Positions 49,300 to 58,222 of a DNA stretch of 64,000 nt are shown here, piece after piece. Every line of letters starts with the position of its first letter. Position 1 is the stretch's first letter. Below the pieces are notes generated by a model. It had not been told where the DNA came from, searched no databases, and worked only from the letters and a program-made list of their open reading frames with translations. Source of the stretch: Eubacteriales bacterium (lineage in GTDB: Bacteria > Bacillota > Clostridia > Oscillospirales > CAG-272); contig JAZRDO010000019.1 in NCBI GenBank assembly GCA_045660325.1, positions 496 to 64,495 on the forward strand. Reading direction: 5' to 3'. Made by a program: the position numbers and the translations under genes.

Positions 49300-50325
49300 T
49301 CACATTGTACAAATCAACTTTTCAAGGACAATATACCCATCACCGCCGAGCTTTATGTCCTTATCGGCATCCTTACACATTGAAAGAAGGCGGCGGGGAT
49401 TTTGGATCTCCTTTGCCGATTTTGCAAGCAATGATATTCTAAATTCGTGCATATCGAGTAATTTGGATATCTCCGCGTGTGTCAATCCGTCGCGAAGGAG
49501 CGCGGACACCGAGACCAGCTCGCAAACCGTTCTTGACACCTCGCTCATAATGTATATCGGCTCGGTCCTCTTTTTCTTCATATCAAGCAGGATATTGAGC
49601 GCCACGTCCTTTTTTCTCGAGCAGATCGCGTTAGTAAACGCGTACGTATCGTATTCAAGAGAATTTACACCGACAAGCTTTACGTCGTCGACCGTTACGG
49701 CAGTTCTGTTCTGCGAGAGCGCATAAAAGGAGATCTTCCTTATCTCCTCGGCGAGAGTAAACATATCTCTTCCGCAATATTCCACAGTAAACGCGGAAAC
49801 GCTCGCGTCAGCCGCAGCGCCATTGTGCTCGTAATGCTTTTGCGCCCACAAGGCAAGTCGCTGAGGGGAGTTTTTCTCAAAATATACGGGGGTCAATACC
49901 TCGGAAAGCTTCATAAGCGCCGCAGAAGGCTTTTTCAAGGAATAGCCCATATCAAATTTATCCGACGTAGTTGCAATAATAACGGTATTGAAATCATATT
50001 CCTCAAGAAGACCGAGAGCCGAGATAAGAGCGTCAAGCTCACCCGCCTTCATGGTGATAAAATCAAGTCCCGTAATAATTATGAGCTTTCTTTCCGTCAT
50101 CATAGGGGGAGAAGCAAGCATATCAACGAGGGAATCTATGGAAAAGCTCAACGCGTCAAGCTTCATTTCATTGAACATAGCAAGCGACGGGTCTCCTACG
50201 ATGCACTCGCGCGCGAGATTTATCGCGTGATTTTTAGTATAATCCTCTTCGCCGAAGAAAAGATATGCGCACGCAGGCGCGCTCTTTATTTCGCGACGAA
50301 AATCCGCTTCCTTGATTATCTTCAT
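49300..50325 (-). CDS. holA: DNA polymerase III subunit delta
   Basis: Length and pattern match HolA (N-terminal ...YLFFGEEDY..., C-terminal helical domain). Start ATG 50325 follows AGGGGG. Confidence 0.75.
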   Translation of the reverse strand: MKIIKEADFRREIKSAPACAYLFFGEEDYTKNHAINLARECIVGDPSLAMFNEMKLDALSFSIDSLVDMLASPPMMTERKLIIITGLDFITMKAGELDALISALGLLEEYDFNTVIIATTSDKFDMGYSLKKPSAALMKLSEVLTPVYFEKNSPQRLALWAQKHYEHNGAAADASVSAFTVEYCGRDMFTLAEEIRKISFYALSQNRTAVTVDDVKLVGVNSLEYDTYAFTNAICSRKKDVALNILLDMKKKRTEPIYIMSEVSRTVCELVSVSALLRDGLTHAEISKLLDMHEFRISLLAKSAKEIQNPRRLLSMCKDADKDIKLGGDGYIVLEKLICTM

Positions 50326-50419
50326 AAAAATCCCCCTTTCGTTTATCATTATATCAATTATACCATTTTACAAGATAAGAGTCAAGAGTATTTTATTTAC
50401 AATGCGACACAAAAAGGAG

Positions 50420-50448
50420 TTGACAAACGAAGAATATTATTATATAAT
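50420..50448 (+). promoter_or_regulatory. consensus sigma-A promoter of the ZTP-regulated purine operon
   Basis: TTGACA (50420-50425), 17-nt spacer, TATAAT (50443-50448). Confidence 0.75.
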
Positions 50449-50461
50449 AAAAATGTAAATA

Positions 50462-50587
50462 ACCCGCAAGGGATACCTCGAGCCGACCGACGAATTTGAG
50501 CGGAGCACCGCAAGGAAGGCGCGGGGAATAGGCGCCGTTCGTCTGGGCAGTATCTATCAAAGGTAAAAGATAGGTCTGTCCTTTTTT
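50462..50587 (+). promoter_or_regulatory. ZTP riboswitch (pfl motif) with intrinsic terminator
   Basis: CCGACCGACGAAUUUGAGCGGAGCACCGCAAGGAAG ... GCGCCGUUCGUCUGGGCAG parallels the recalled F. ulcerans ZTP aptamer (UGACUGACGGAAC...CCGACCGUCUGGGCG). The pseudoknot pair covaries (GACGA/UCGUC). GGGCAG...CUGUCC followed by UUUUUU forms a competing terminator. Confidence 0.8.
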
Positions 50588-50629
50588 CATTTTGATTTTA
50601 ATAAAAAATAAAACAAAGGAAGCAAAAGC

Positions 50630-51352
50630 ATGAACATTTACAAGATCAACACACCCGAGGAACTCATTGCAGGCAACTCCTACGTTGGACGCGGAATCAT
50701 TATCGGTAAGACACCCGATGCAAAGCGCGCAGCATTCGCTTATTTCATTATGGGCAGAAGCGCTAACAGCCGCAACCGCGTTTTCGCGGAAAAGGAAGGC
50801 GGCGAGGTAATTATCTACCCCCACGACTATTCAAAGGTTGAGGACCCCTCGCTTATCATCTACTCTCCCGTAAAGGTTTATAAGAATTCTCTCATCGTTA
50901 CAAACGGCGACCAGACGGACACTATCTACAACTTCCTTTGCGACGGAAAGACCTTCGAGGAAGCTCTCCGCACCCGCGCGTTCGAGCCCGACTACCCCAA
51001 TCTCACACCCAGAATCAGCGGCATTATGGACTTCGCAAACGGCGATTTCACTTATAAGATGAGTATTCTCAAGAGCGCAGACCCCGAGGGCACCGCTTGT
51101 AACAGATATACGTATTCCTATAACGCGCTCGCAGGTCTTGGCCACTTCATCCACACATACATTTGCGACGGCAATCCCATTCCTACGTTCTGCGGCGAGC
51201 CTGAAAGAATCGAGATTTCAAACGATATCGACGAATTCGCAAACAGAATTTGGAATGCCCTTGACGAGCAGAACAAGATCTCTATGTACGTTCGCTATAT
51301 TGACCTTGAAAGCGGCGAGATCGAAAATAGAATGGTAAACAAGAATAAATAA
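50630..51352 (+). CDS. purO: IMP cyclohydrolase, PurO-like (archaeal-type)
   Basis: YVGRGIIIGKTPD...YFIMGRSANSRNRVF signature of the IMP_cyclohyd family. Confidence 0.8.
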   Translation: MNIYKINTPEELIAGNSYVGRGIIIGKTPDAKRAAFAYFIMGRSANSRNRVFAEKEGGEVIIYPHDYSKVEDPSLIIYSPVKVYKNSLIVTNGDQTDTIYNFLCDGKTFEEALRTRAFEPDYPNLTPRISGIMDFANGDFTYKMSILKSADPEGTACNRYTYSYNALAGLGHFIHTYICDGNPIPTFCGEPERIEISNDIDEFANRIWNALDEQNKISMYVRYIDLESGEIENRMVNKNK

Positions 51353-51369
51353 GCGGAGGGAATGTAAAA

Positions 51370-52554
51370 ATGAACGAATTTTCTTTGAAATACGGTTGTA
51401 ATCCCAACCAGAAGCCCGCAAGAATCTTTATGAAGAACGGCTCCGAGCTTCCCGTAACAGTGCTCAACGGCAGACCCGGCTATATCAACTTCCTCGACGC
51501 GTTCAACGCATGGCAGCTCGTAAAGGAATTGAAGGAAGCGACAGGTCTTCCCGCCGCTACGTCCTTCAAGCACGTTTCCCCCACGTCCGCGGCAGTAGGT
51601 CTTCCTCTTTCCGAATCCTTGAAGAAGGCTTGCTTTGTTGACGGCAACACCGACCTCGATTCCTCTCCCCTCGCTTGCGCTTACGTTCGCGCGCGCGGAA
51701 CTGACAGACTCTGCTCCTTTGGCGACTGGGTAGCCCTCTCCGACGTTTGCGATACCGCAACCGCAAAGCTTTTGGCGCGTGAGGTTTCCGACGGTATTAT
51801 TGCTCCCGGATACGAGCCCGAGGCTCTTGAAATTCTCAAGTCCAAGAGAAAGGGTGGCTATAACATAGTTGAAATTGATCCCAACTACACTCCCGAGCCC
51901 ATTGAGACTAAGGACGTTTACGGTATTACCTTTGAGCAGGGTAGAAACGAGTTCAAGATCGGCGCGCATCTCTTCCAGAATATCGTAACCGCTAACAAGA
52001 ATCTCCCCGAGAACGCTATGCGCGACCTTATTATCGCCCTTATTACTCTTAAATACACACAGTCCAACTCGGTTTGCTACGCGTACGACGGTCAGGCGAT
52101 CGGTGTAGGCGCAGGTCAGCAGTCGAGAATCCACTGCACAAGACTCGCAGGCACTAAGGCAGACACTTGGCTTATGCGCCAGCATCCCAAGACCCTTGCC
52201 CTTCCCTTTATCGAGACAATGGGCCGTCCCGAGCGCGACAACGTGATCGACGGCTACATCAACGGCAACGAAGAGGACGTTTGTGCCGACGGCATCTGGG
52301 AAAACTACTTTACGTCAAAGCCCGAGCCCATTACCGCAGAGGAGCGCCGCGCTTGGCTCGACAGCTTCGATAAGGTAGCGCTCGCATCCGATGCCTTCTT
52401 CCCCTTCGCAGACAATATCAAGCGCGCATATATGTCGGGCGTCAAGTACGTAGCTCAGCCCGGCGGATCTATCCGCGACGATCTCGTTATCGCAGAATGT
52501 GATAAGAACGATATGGTTATGGCGTTCACGGGAATGAGACTTTTCCACCACTGA
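51370..52554 (+). CDS. purH: AICAR formyltransferase (PurH C-terminal domain only)
   Basis: LKYGCNPNQKPA..., SNSVCYA..GQAIGVGAGQQSRIHC, and C-terminal GMRLFHH. Confidence 0.85.
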   Translation: MNEFSLKYGCNPNQKPARIFMKNGSELPVTVLNGRPGYINFLDAFNAWQLVKELKEATGLPAATSFKHVSPTSAAVGLPLSESLKKACFVDGNTDLDSSPLACAYVRARGTDRLCSFGDWVALSDVCDTATAKLLAREVSDGIIAPGYEPEALEILKSKRKGGYNIVEIDPNYTPEPIETKDVYGITFEQGRNEFKIGAHLFQNIVTANKNLPENAMRDLIIALITLKYTQSNSVCYAYDGQAIGVGAGQQSRIHCTRLAGTKADTWLMRQHPKTLALPFIETMGRPERDNVIDGYINGNEEDVCADGIWENYFTSKPEPITAEERRAWLDSFDKVALASDAFFPFADNIKRAYMSGVKYVAQPGGSIRDDLVIAECDKNDMVMAFTGMRLFHH

Positions 52555-52556
52555 TA

Positions 52557-52588
52557 TAAAAAAGCACCGCAGCCGCGGTGCTTTTTTA
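52557..52588 (+). terminator. terminator after purH
   Basis: AGCACCGC-AGCC-GCGGTGCT hairpin followed by TTTTTT. Confidence 0.8.
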
Positions 52589-52920
52589 GTGCAGAGTGCA
52601 GAGTGCAGAATGCAGAGTTGATACAATTAAAATGGAAAATTTCACGCAAAATCAAGCATGGAAAATCTTCTCATTCGCATCCTGCTCCTACGCGATCGCA
52701 AGATCAAAGCTTTTATCGAATTTATCATATAAACAAAGGAAAACGGACGAATCCTCACTATTATTATTCCCCGAATTTATATCTTTATCAAAGCGGAAAA
52801 TACGGAAAACCATGACAATAAAAAACAAATCTTACATTTATGGAATTCATTGTTCCTTGATTACAGCCTCTCTCTATGTTACAATAAATATACAAATTTC
52901 ATTTACAAAGGAGGTTATGT

Positions 52921-53814
52921 ATGACCAAATGCAGAAGAATTTTACCAAAAGTATTGAGCGCAGCGTTAGCCTTGAGTATTACGGCATCGATCTTTACCGT
53001 AATGAGCGTGGCGGACGAGAGAGACGCGCCGCAAACTGAAATTTCAGAGCAGAGAGATGTCCGCTCCACAGGATTTGTACGTATCAACGGCAGAAACCTT
53101 TTCCACGGCGAGATCTTTACAAAAAACGGCGTTACCTTCGTTCCTCTTTTCCGCTTTGCCGCTTGGCTTGGAAATTTCAATAATAAATATGATTCAAGAA
53201 GCAAAACGGCAACCGTCACAGGGGAAAATCTTAAAATTTCCGCCCGCGAAGGCACACTCTACATAGAAGCAAACGGCAGATATTTCTACACCGAAGAAGA
53301 AATTTTGATAAGAAACGGCGAAATGTTCGTTCCCATAAAGCCGATCGTCAAGGCGCTCAATTCCTACGTAAGCTACGATTCAAATATAAACGCGTACGTG
53401 GTAAGCTCCGGAGACACACGACTTTTAAAGAGTGGCGACAAAATCTACAATGCGGACGACATTTATTGGCTCGCAAAAATCATTTCTGCCGAGGCAGAGG
53501 GCGAGCCTATGCGCGGCAAGATCGCAGTTGGCAACGTAATTTTGAACCGAGTTCGTTCAAAAAGCTTCCCGAACACGATCTACGGCGTAATTTTTGACAA
53601 AAAGCACGGCGTTCAGTTTGCGCCCACGTCAAACGGCAGAATTTACAAGGCCGCCGACGCGGAAAGCATCATCGCGGCGAAAATGTGCTACGAGGGCTAT
53701 TCCCTTTCAAGCGAAATTTTGTATTTCTTAAATCCGAGCGCATCCTCGTCAAACTGGATCGCAAACAACCGCCCCTACGCGTTCACTATAAAAAATCACT
53801 ATTTCTATAAATAA
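52921..53814 (+). CDS. sleB: cell-wall hydrolase, SleB/CwlJ family, with N-terminal copper-amine-oxidase-like stalk domain
   Basis: Signal peptide. Cu_amine_oxidN1-like segment (GVTFVPLFRFAAWLG, EMFVPIKPIVKALN). Hydrolase_2 core (AKIISAEAEGEPMRGKIAVGNVILNRV...IYGVIFDKKHGVQF). GGAGG lies 7 nt upstream. Confidence 0.8.
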   Translation: MTKCRRILPKVLSAALALSITASIFTVMSVADERDAPQTEISEQRDVRSTGFVRINGRNLFHGEIFTKNGVTFVPLFRFAAWLGNFNNKYDSRSKTATVTGENLKISAREGTLYIEANGRYFYTEEEILIRNGEMFVPIKPIVKALNSYVSYDSNINAYVVSSGDTRLLKSGDKIYNADDIYWLAKIISAEAEGEPMRGKIAVGNVILNRVRSKSFPNTIYGVIFDKKHGVQFAPTSNGRIYKAADAESIIAAKMCYEGYSLSSEILYFLNPSASSSNWIANNRPYAFTIKNHYFYK

Positions 53815-53851
53815 AAAAATCAAGGAAGCAGCATAGCTGCTTCCTTTTTAT
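53815..53851. terminator. bidirectional terminator between sleB and the orphan gene
   Basis: AAGGAAGCAGC-ATA-GCTGCTTCCTT hairpin with flanking A- and T-runs. Confidence 0.8.
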
Positions 53852-53873
53852 ATGTTTTTGAATATAGTACTAT

Positions 53874-54431
53874 TTATTCTTTTGGCTTTATAAACTTGAT
53901 AAGTTTTCTTTTCTTCAAATCAAAATAATATGGTCTTTCATATTTATCCCGTCTGCTGATCGGTACATTATAGATCATATATCCTTCATCCTCATCTTTG
54001 ATCTTTAAAACCAAATTTTTGACCGTTTCATCTATTATGCATCTATCCACAAGCTCATTATTTTGAGTTTCAAATAGCTTCTCTATATTAACAGTTCTGC
54101 CCCTCTTGAGAAAATATTTTTGTGTTTTACTAATTATTATATCTATATCTTCTTGGTTAATTTGGGTAACGAACTCAATAGGCTTAATGCATTTCATACA
54201 GAAAAAAATTTTATGTATAAATTCGCACATTCCATGCGCTCTTGATCTTGGAACATATGAACTGCCTGAACTTGTTGTGAAATCATAGTACTTTGCGTTC
54301 TCTTCCTTTGAATGAACAAACTTGCTATGCTTAATAACGGACAATTCTTTACCGCATTTATAACAATAATGCTTTCTGAACCTTACCTTAAACTGATCTC
54401 CAGACTGATAATAAAACGTTGCGCTCTTCAA
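53874..54431 (-). CDS. orphan low-GC protein with two CxxC pairs (putative zinc ribbon)
   Basis: Open frame in a visibly AT-rich segment. CYKCGKEL and CMKCIKP motifs. The preferred start is TTG 54431, which lies 5 nt after GGAGG. The ORF-track start is GTG 54443. Confidence 0.5.
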   Translation of the reverse strand: MKSATFYYQSGDQFKVRFRKHYCYKCGKELSVIKHSKFVHSKEENAKYYDFTTSSGSSYVPRSRAHGMCEFIHKIFFCMKCIKPIEFVTQINQEDIDIIISKTQKYFLKRGRTVNIEKLFETQNNELVDRCIIDETVKNLVLKIKDEDEGYMIYNVPISRRDKYERPYYFDLKKRKLIKFIKPKE

Positions 54432-54509
54432 AGCTACCTCCACTAAACAAAATTTATTGTAAAGTAAAAATCATAGTCAAACCATTATGCTACGGACAAA
54501 CCGTTACTT

Positions 54510-55190
54510 TTATTTACATTCCTCGATAAACTTATAGAACAAATTCTGCATAGCTTCATCCGTCTTGAAATAAATCTCGGGATGCCACTGAACCAGCATA
54601 AAGAAATCTCTTTCCTTATGATGCACCGCCTCGATAATTCCGTCCTCGGAAATCGCATCAACCTCAAGGCAATCTGCCAAGCGGTCAATTGCCTGATGGT
54701 GGAAGGTGTTTACCATAAGGCTTTCCTTGCCCGATATTCTGTAAAGCATCGAATCCTTCACAACGTTGACCTTCTGGATCGGCTCCGTTCCGGGTGTAGG
54801 AGTCTGACGGTGTCCGTCAATATGCTGAAGGAGTGTGCCGCCAAGCTGCACGTTTATCATCTGAAGTCCGCGACAAATACCGAGAACGGGTTTTCCCGTC
54901 TTATAAACCAAGGGGAAAATTTTGCTTTCAAAATCATCTCTTGCTTCATCTATTTCAACGTTGTCAAATTTCACTTCCTCGCCATAAAGCGCGGGATTAA
55001 CGTCAAGCCCGCCCGAAAACAAAAATCCGTCGCATGCCTCTATATACTCACAAAGACGGCTCTCATCCGTAGTATATGCGAGTGTGAGCGGCACGCCGCC
55101 CGCAGTCCATATCGCATCGTGATACGTCTTTTTTAATCTCATATAATCGCCGTCATGGGACGGCATAATTCCAATTACAGGTTTTTTCAT
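54510..55190 (-). CDS. class-I glutamine amidotransferase-like gamma-glutamyl hydrolase (peptidase C26 family)
   Basis: GICRGLQMINV nucleophile elbow and C-terminal H...E (VQWHPE). Confidence 0.8.
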   Translation of the reverse strand: MKKPVIGIMPSHDGDYMRLKKTYHDAIWTAGGVPLTLAYTTDESRLCEYIEACDGFLFSGGLDVNPALYGEEVKFDNVEIDEARDDFESKIFPLVYKTGKPVLGICRGLQMINVQLGGTLLQHIDGHRQTPTPGTEPIQKVNVVKDSMLYRISGKESLMVNTFHHQAIDRLADCLEVDAISEDGIIEAVHHKERDFFMLVQWHPEIYFKTDEAMQNLFYKFIEECK

Positions 55191-55209
55191 CTATTCTCCA
55201 TTTATATAT

Positions 55210-55857
55210 TTATTTTTTAATAACCGACACGAAATTATCGGCAAAGGTAAGCATCTCGGGAACGACCGCGCAAAGGATCGCGCACATAATTATCGACAGC
55301 ACGATCACACCTATTGCCGACGCGATATTCGCGCCCTTCGTGCTGAACTTCACGTCCGCCTGATACTTAAGCTCCTCGGGAATATAGAAGCGCATAGTAT
55401 CGGGATCTCTCTTGAATGTCGGCGCGACAAACTCCTCGTCGGGATGATTTTTTGCAAACTTTTCCCTCTTCTGATCTAACGAAGCGTAAAATTCGTCCTC
55501 CTCGACACATCTTACCCATCTTTTAAGGGTTGCGCCGCGCACCACCGACGAGCGAATCGCGGGAGATTTCAAATATCCCAGCTCGTACAAGGTCATAGCC
55601 TTCTCGGGACGCACACACTCTTCATGCAAAAGCTTTTTTATAAAGCTTCCCATCATTTTCTTTTCATAAAGTGAGGAGACCGCCGCCACACAAAAGCCGA
55701 CCATAAGCCCGACCAAAATTATTCGCAGCGACACGACTCCCGAAGAGCCGAAATTAAAATTGTCATAATGGACAACCTCAGGATTAAAAAAGGTGTCCAG
55801 AATGTTCTCTATGAACTTTACAAATCTGCTGTCTCCAAAAATTTCAGTTATGTTCAT
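55210..55857 (-). CDS. hypothetical two-TM membrane protein
   Basis: Two hydrophobic helices (residues about 43-63 and 185-205). No family recognised. Confidence 0.5.
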   Translation of the reverse strand: MNITEIFGDSRFVKFIENILDTFFNPEVVHYDNFNFGSSGVVSLRIILVGLMVGFCVAAVSSLYEKKMMGSFIKKLLHEECVRPEKAMTLYELGYLKSPAIRSSVVRGATLKRWVRCVEEDEFYASLDQKREKFAKNHPDEEFVAPTFKRDPDTMRFYIPEELKYQADVKFSTKGANIASAIGVIVLSIIMCAILCAVVPEMLTFADNFVSVIKK

Positions 55858-55914
55858 TTTTCGCTCTTTCTTTGTTTTTATACGGGAAAACCTATGTTTT
55901 TCCCAAGTTAGTCA

Positions 55915-55945
55915 AACAGAAAAGGAACAAATGTTCCTTTTCTGC
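55915..55945 (-). terminator. probable terminator after serS
   Basis: CAGAAAAGGAAC-AAAT-GTTCCTTTTCTG hairpin. The trailing U-tract on the minus strand is short. Confidence 0.5.
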
Positions 55946-55955
55946 CCTTTTTATC

Positions 55956-57233
55956 TTATCTGATTACGTCTACGCCAAGATACTTGCGGAGCACCTCGGG
56001 AACTGTTACAGAGCCGTCTGCGTTCTGATTCTGTTCCACGAGCGCGGGAAGAATTCTGGACGTTGCAAGACCCGAGCCATTGAGAGTGTGAAGGTATTCT
56101 ATTCTACCGTCAGCTCTCTTCACTCTCATCATACCGCGGCGAGCCTGATAGTCACGCGCGTTAGAAACGGAGCTTACTTCCTTATATCCGTTCATAGAAG
56201 GAATGTTGATCTCGATATCGTACGTTCTCGCCATGGATGCGGAGCAGTCCTCTGCCGCGAGCTTAACTGTTCTGAAATGGAATCCAAGACCCGAAACAAG
56301 CTTTTCAGCCTTTTCAACGAGCTCGTCAAACGCCTCGTCACTCTTTTCGGGAAGCGTGTACTGGAACATTTCAACCTTGTTGAACTGGTGTCCTCTTACC
56401 ATACCTCTCTCGTCGGAACGGTAGGAGCCCGCCTCACGTCTGAAGCAGGGTGTATAGCTCACAAGCTTCTTGGGAAGGTCTGCTTCTGTAAGAATTTCAT
56501 TTCTGTAAAGAGATGCAAGAGCCGCCTCTGCAGTAGGAAGCATATATCTCATTCTGTTGTCCGTGGGGTTTTCGATCTTATAAACCTCGTCAGCAAACTT
56601 CGGGAACTGACCTGCTGTCAAACCACACTCGTATTCAAGCATATGAGGGGGCAAAATAAGCTCATAGCCGTCGCCGAGGTGAGTATCGATAAAGTAGTTG
56701 AGGAGCGCCCATTCAAGTCTTGCACCCATACCGCGATAGATCCAGAAACCGGAGCCCGAAAGCTTTGTTCCGCGATCGTAATCGATAAGACCGAGGCTTG
56801 TGCAGAGGTCAACGTGATTCTTGGGCTCAAAATCAAACTTGTGAGGCTCGCCAAAGTAACGGATGGGCTCGTTGTTTTCCTTGCCGCCGGGCTTAAGATC
56901 ACGGTCAGGAAGGTTGGGAAGAGCGAGCATATAGGAGGAAAGCTCCGCTTCAACCGCCTTGATCTGCTCATCGTTTGCCTTAACTGTCGCGCCGATCTCA
57001 CGGGACTTAGCGAAGATCTCGGAGGGATCGCGGCCTTCCTTTTTATACATAGGAATCATCTTGGAGAGCTTGTTCTGCTCAGCCTTGAGAGATTCTGTGG
57101 AGGAAATGAGGCTTCTTCTCTTGGCATCAAGCTCAAGAATCTTTGCGATTTCTTCCTTTGCATCCTTGCCCTTGTGGGCAAGTCTTTCTATAACTTCGTC
57201 GGGATTGCTCTTTATATAGTTTATGTCAAGCAT
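55956..57233 (-). CDS. serS: seryl-tRNA synthetase
   Basis: N-terminal coiled-coil arm and class-II motifs (FRREAGS..., GSGLATSR). Confidence 0.95.
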   Translation of the reverse strand: MLDINYIKSNPDEVIERLAHKGKDAKEEIAKILELDAKRRSLISSTESLKAEQNKLSKMIPMYKKEGRDPSEIFAKSREIGATVKANDEQIKAVEAELSSYMLALPNLPDRDLKPGGKENNEPIRYFGEPHKFDFEPKNHVDLCTSLGLIDYDRGTKLSGSGFWIYRGMGARLEWALLNYFIDTHLGDGYELILPPHMLEYECGLTAGQFPKFADEVYKIENPTDNRMRYMLPTAEAALASLYRNEILTEADLPKKLVSYTPCFRREAGSYRSDERGMVRGHQFNKVEMFQYTLPEKSDEAFDELVEKAEKLVSGLGFHFRTVKLAAEDCSASMARTYDIEINIPSMNGYKEVSSVSNARDYQARRGMMRVKRADGRIEYLHTLNGSGLATSRILPALVEQNQNADGSVTVPEVLRKYLGVDVIR

Positions 57234-57269
57234 GGTAATTTTCCTTTCTGTATATGGATTTTATGTAAA

Positions 57270-58151
57270 TTAAGACTTGAAAATATCCTTGCCGCATATA
57301 AGCTCAAGAAGCTCGGCGAGGTCATCATCGTTATCATAGGAAAGCTCGAGAGTCTTCTTCTTTGCGGACTGGTTGATCTTAACCTTTCTGCCGAGTGTTT
57401 CCATAACGCGTCTTTCAAGATCCTTCATATATACGCGTCTCTGTGCGTCGGGTTTGTTGACTGATACAACAATTGTTTTTTCCTCAAGCATTGAGCGAAC
57501 GATTCTTTCAACGTCGCGAACGGAAAGATCATTATCAGCAACCTTCTTTGCAAGCTCGATCATCTGCTCGTCGGACTTAAGACCGAGAAGCGCTCTCGCG
57601 TGACCGTTTGTGATCTTATCTTCCTTAAGCATTGTAAGAACCTCGTCGGGAAGGTCGAGAAGGCGGAGCATATTTGCGATCGCGGAACGGCTCTTACCTA
57701 CCTCACGGGAGATCTGCTCCTGTGTCATATTATATCTCTCAATGAGGGCGCTATATGCAAGCGCCTCTTCAACTGCGTTAAGATTTTCTCTCTGTACGTT
57801 CTCAACAAGAGAGATCTGAGCGACCTTTAAGTCGTCTCCGTCGATAATTACAACGGGAATTTCGGAAAGTCCCGCCATTTTGGATGCTCTCCAACGTCTC
57901 TCACCTGCAATAATCTCGTAAGAGCCCTTGAATCTCGCGTTTTCTCTTACGATAATAGGCTGAAGCACACCGTGAATAGCAATAGAGTCAGCTAAAAGCT
58001 GGAGACCCTCGTCGTCAAAAGTCTTTCTGGGCTGATCGCCTCTGGGCTCGATATCGGAAACCTTGATAGTAGTTACACTGTCCTTCTTTTCCTCGAGCAT
58101 ATTGTCATCAAGAATTGAATAAAAATCTCTTCCAAGACCGCCACGTGCCAT
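57270..58151 (-). CDS. parB: chromosome partitioning protein ParB/Spo0J
   Basis: ParB box GERRWRAS and an HTH (TQEQISREVGKSRSAIANMLRL). Confidence 0.95.
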   Translation of the reverse strand: MARGGLGRDFYSILDDNMLEEKKDSVTTIKVSDIEPRGDQPRKTFDDEGLQLLADSIAIHGVLQPIIVRENARFKGSYEIIAGERRWRASKMAGLSEIPVVIIDGDDLKVAQISLVENVQRENLNAVEEALAYSALIERYNMTQEQISREVGKSRSAIANMLRLLDLPDEVLTMLKEDKITNGHARALLGLKSDEQMIELAKKVADNDLSVRDVERIVRSMLEEKTIVVSVNKPDAQRRVYMKDLERRVMETLGRKVKINQSAKKKTLELSYDNDDDLAELLELICGKDIFKS

Positions 58152-58222
58152 ATTTTAACTCCATTCCGCCGCCAATTGCGGCATTTTCTTCAATTTTATT
58201 ATATAATGATCGCGCTATTTAC

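Noticed and set aside
50393-50824. 143-aa minus-strand ORF spanning the ZTP riboswitch and the start of purO.
   Set aside because: It overlaps a well-supported riboswitch, promoter and coding start on the opposite strand, and has no RBS or recognisable motifs.
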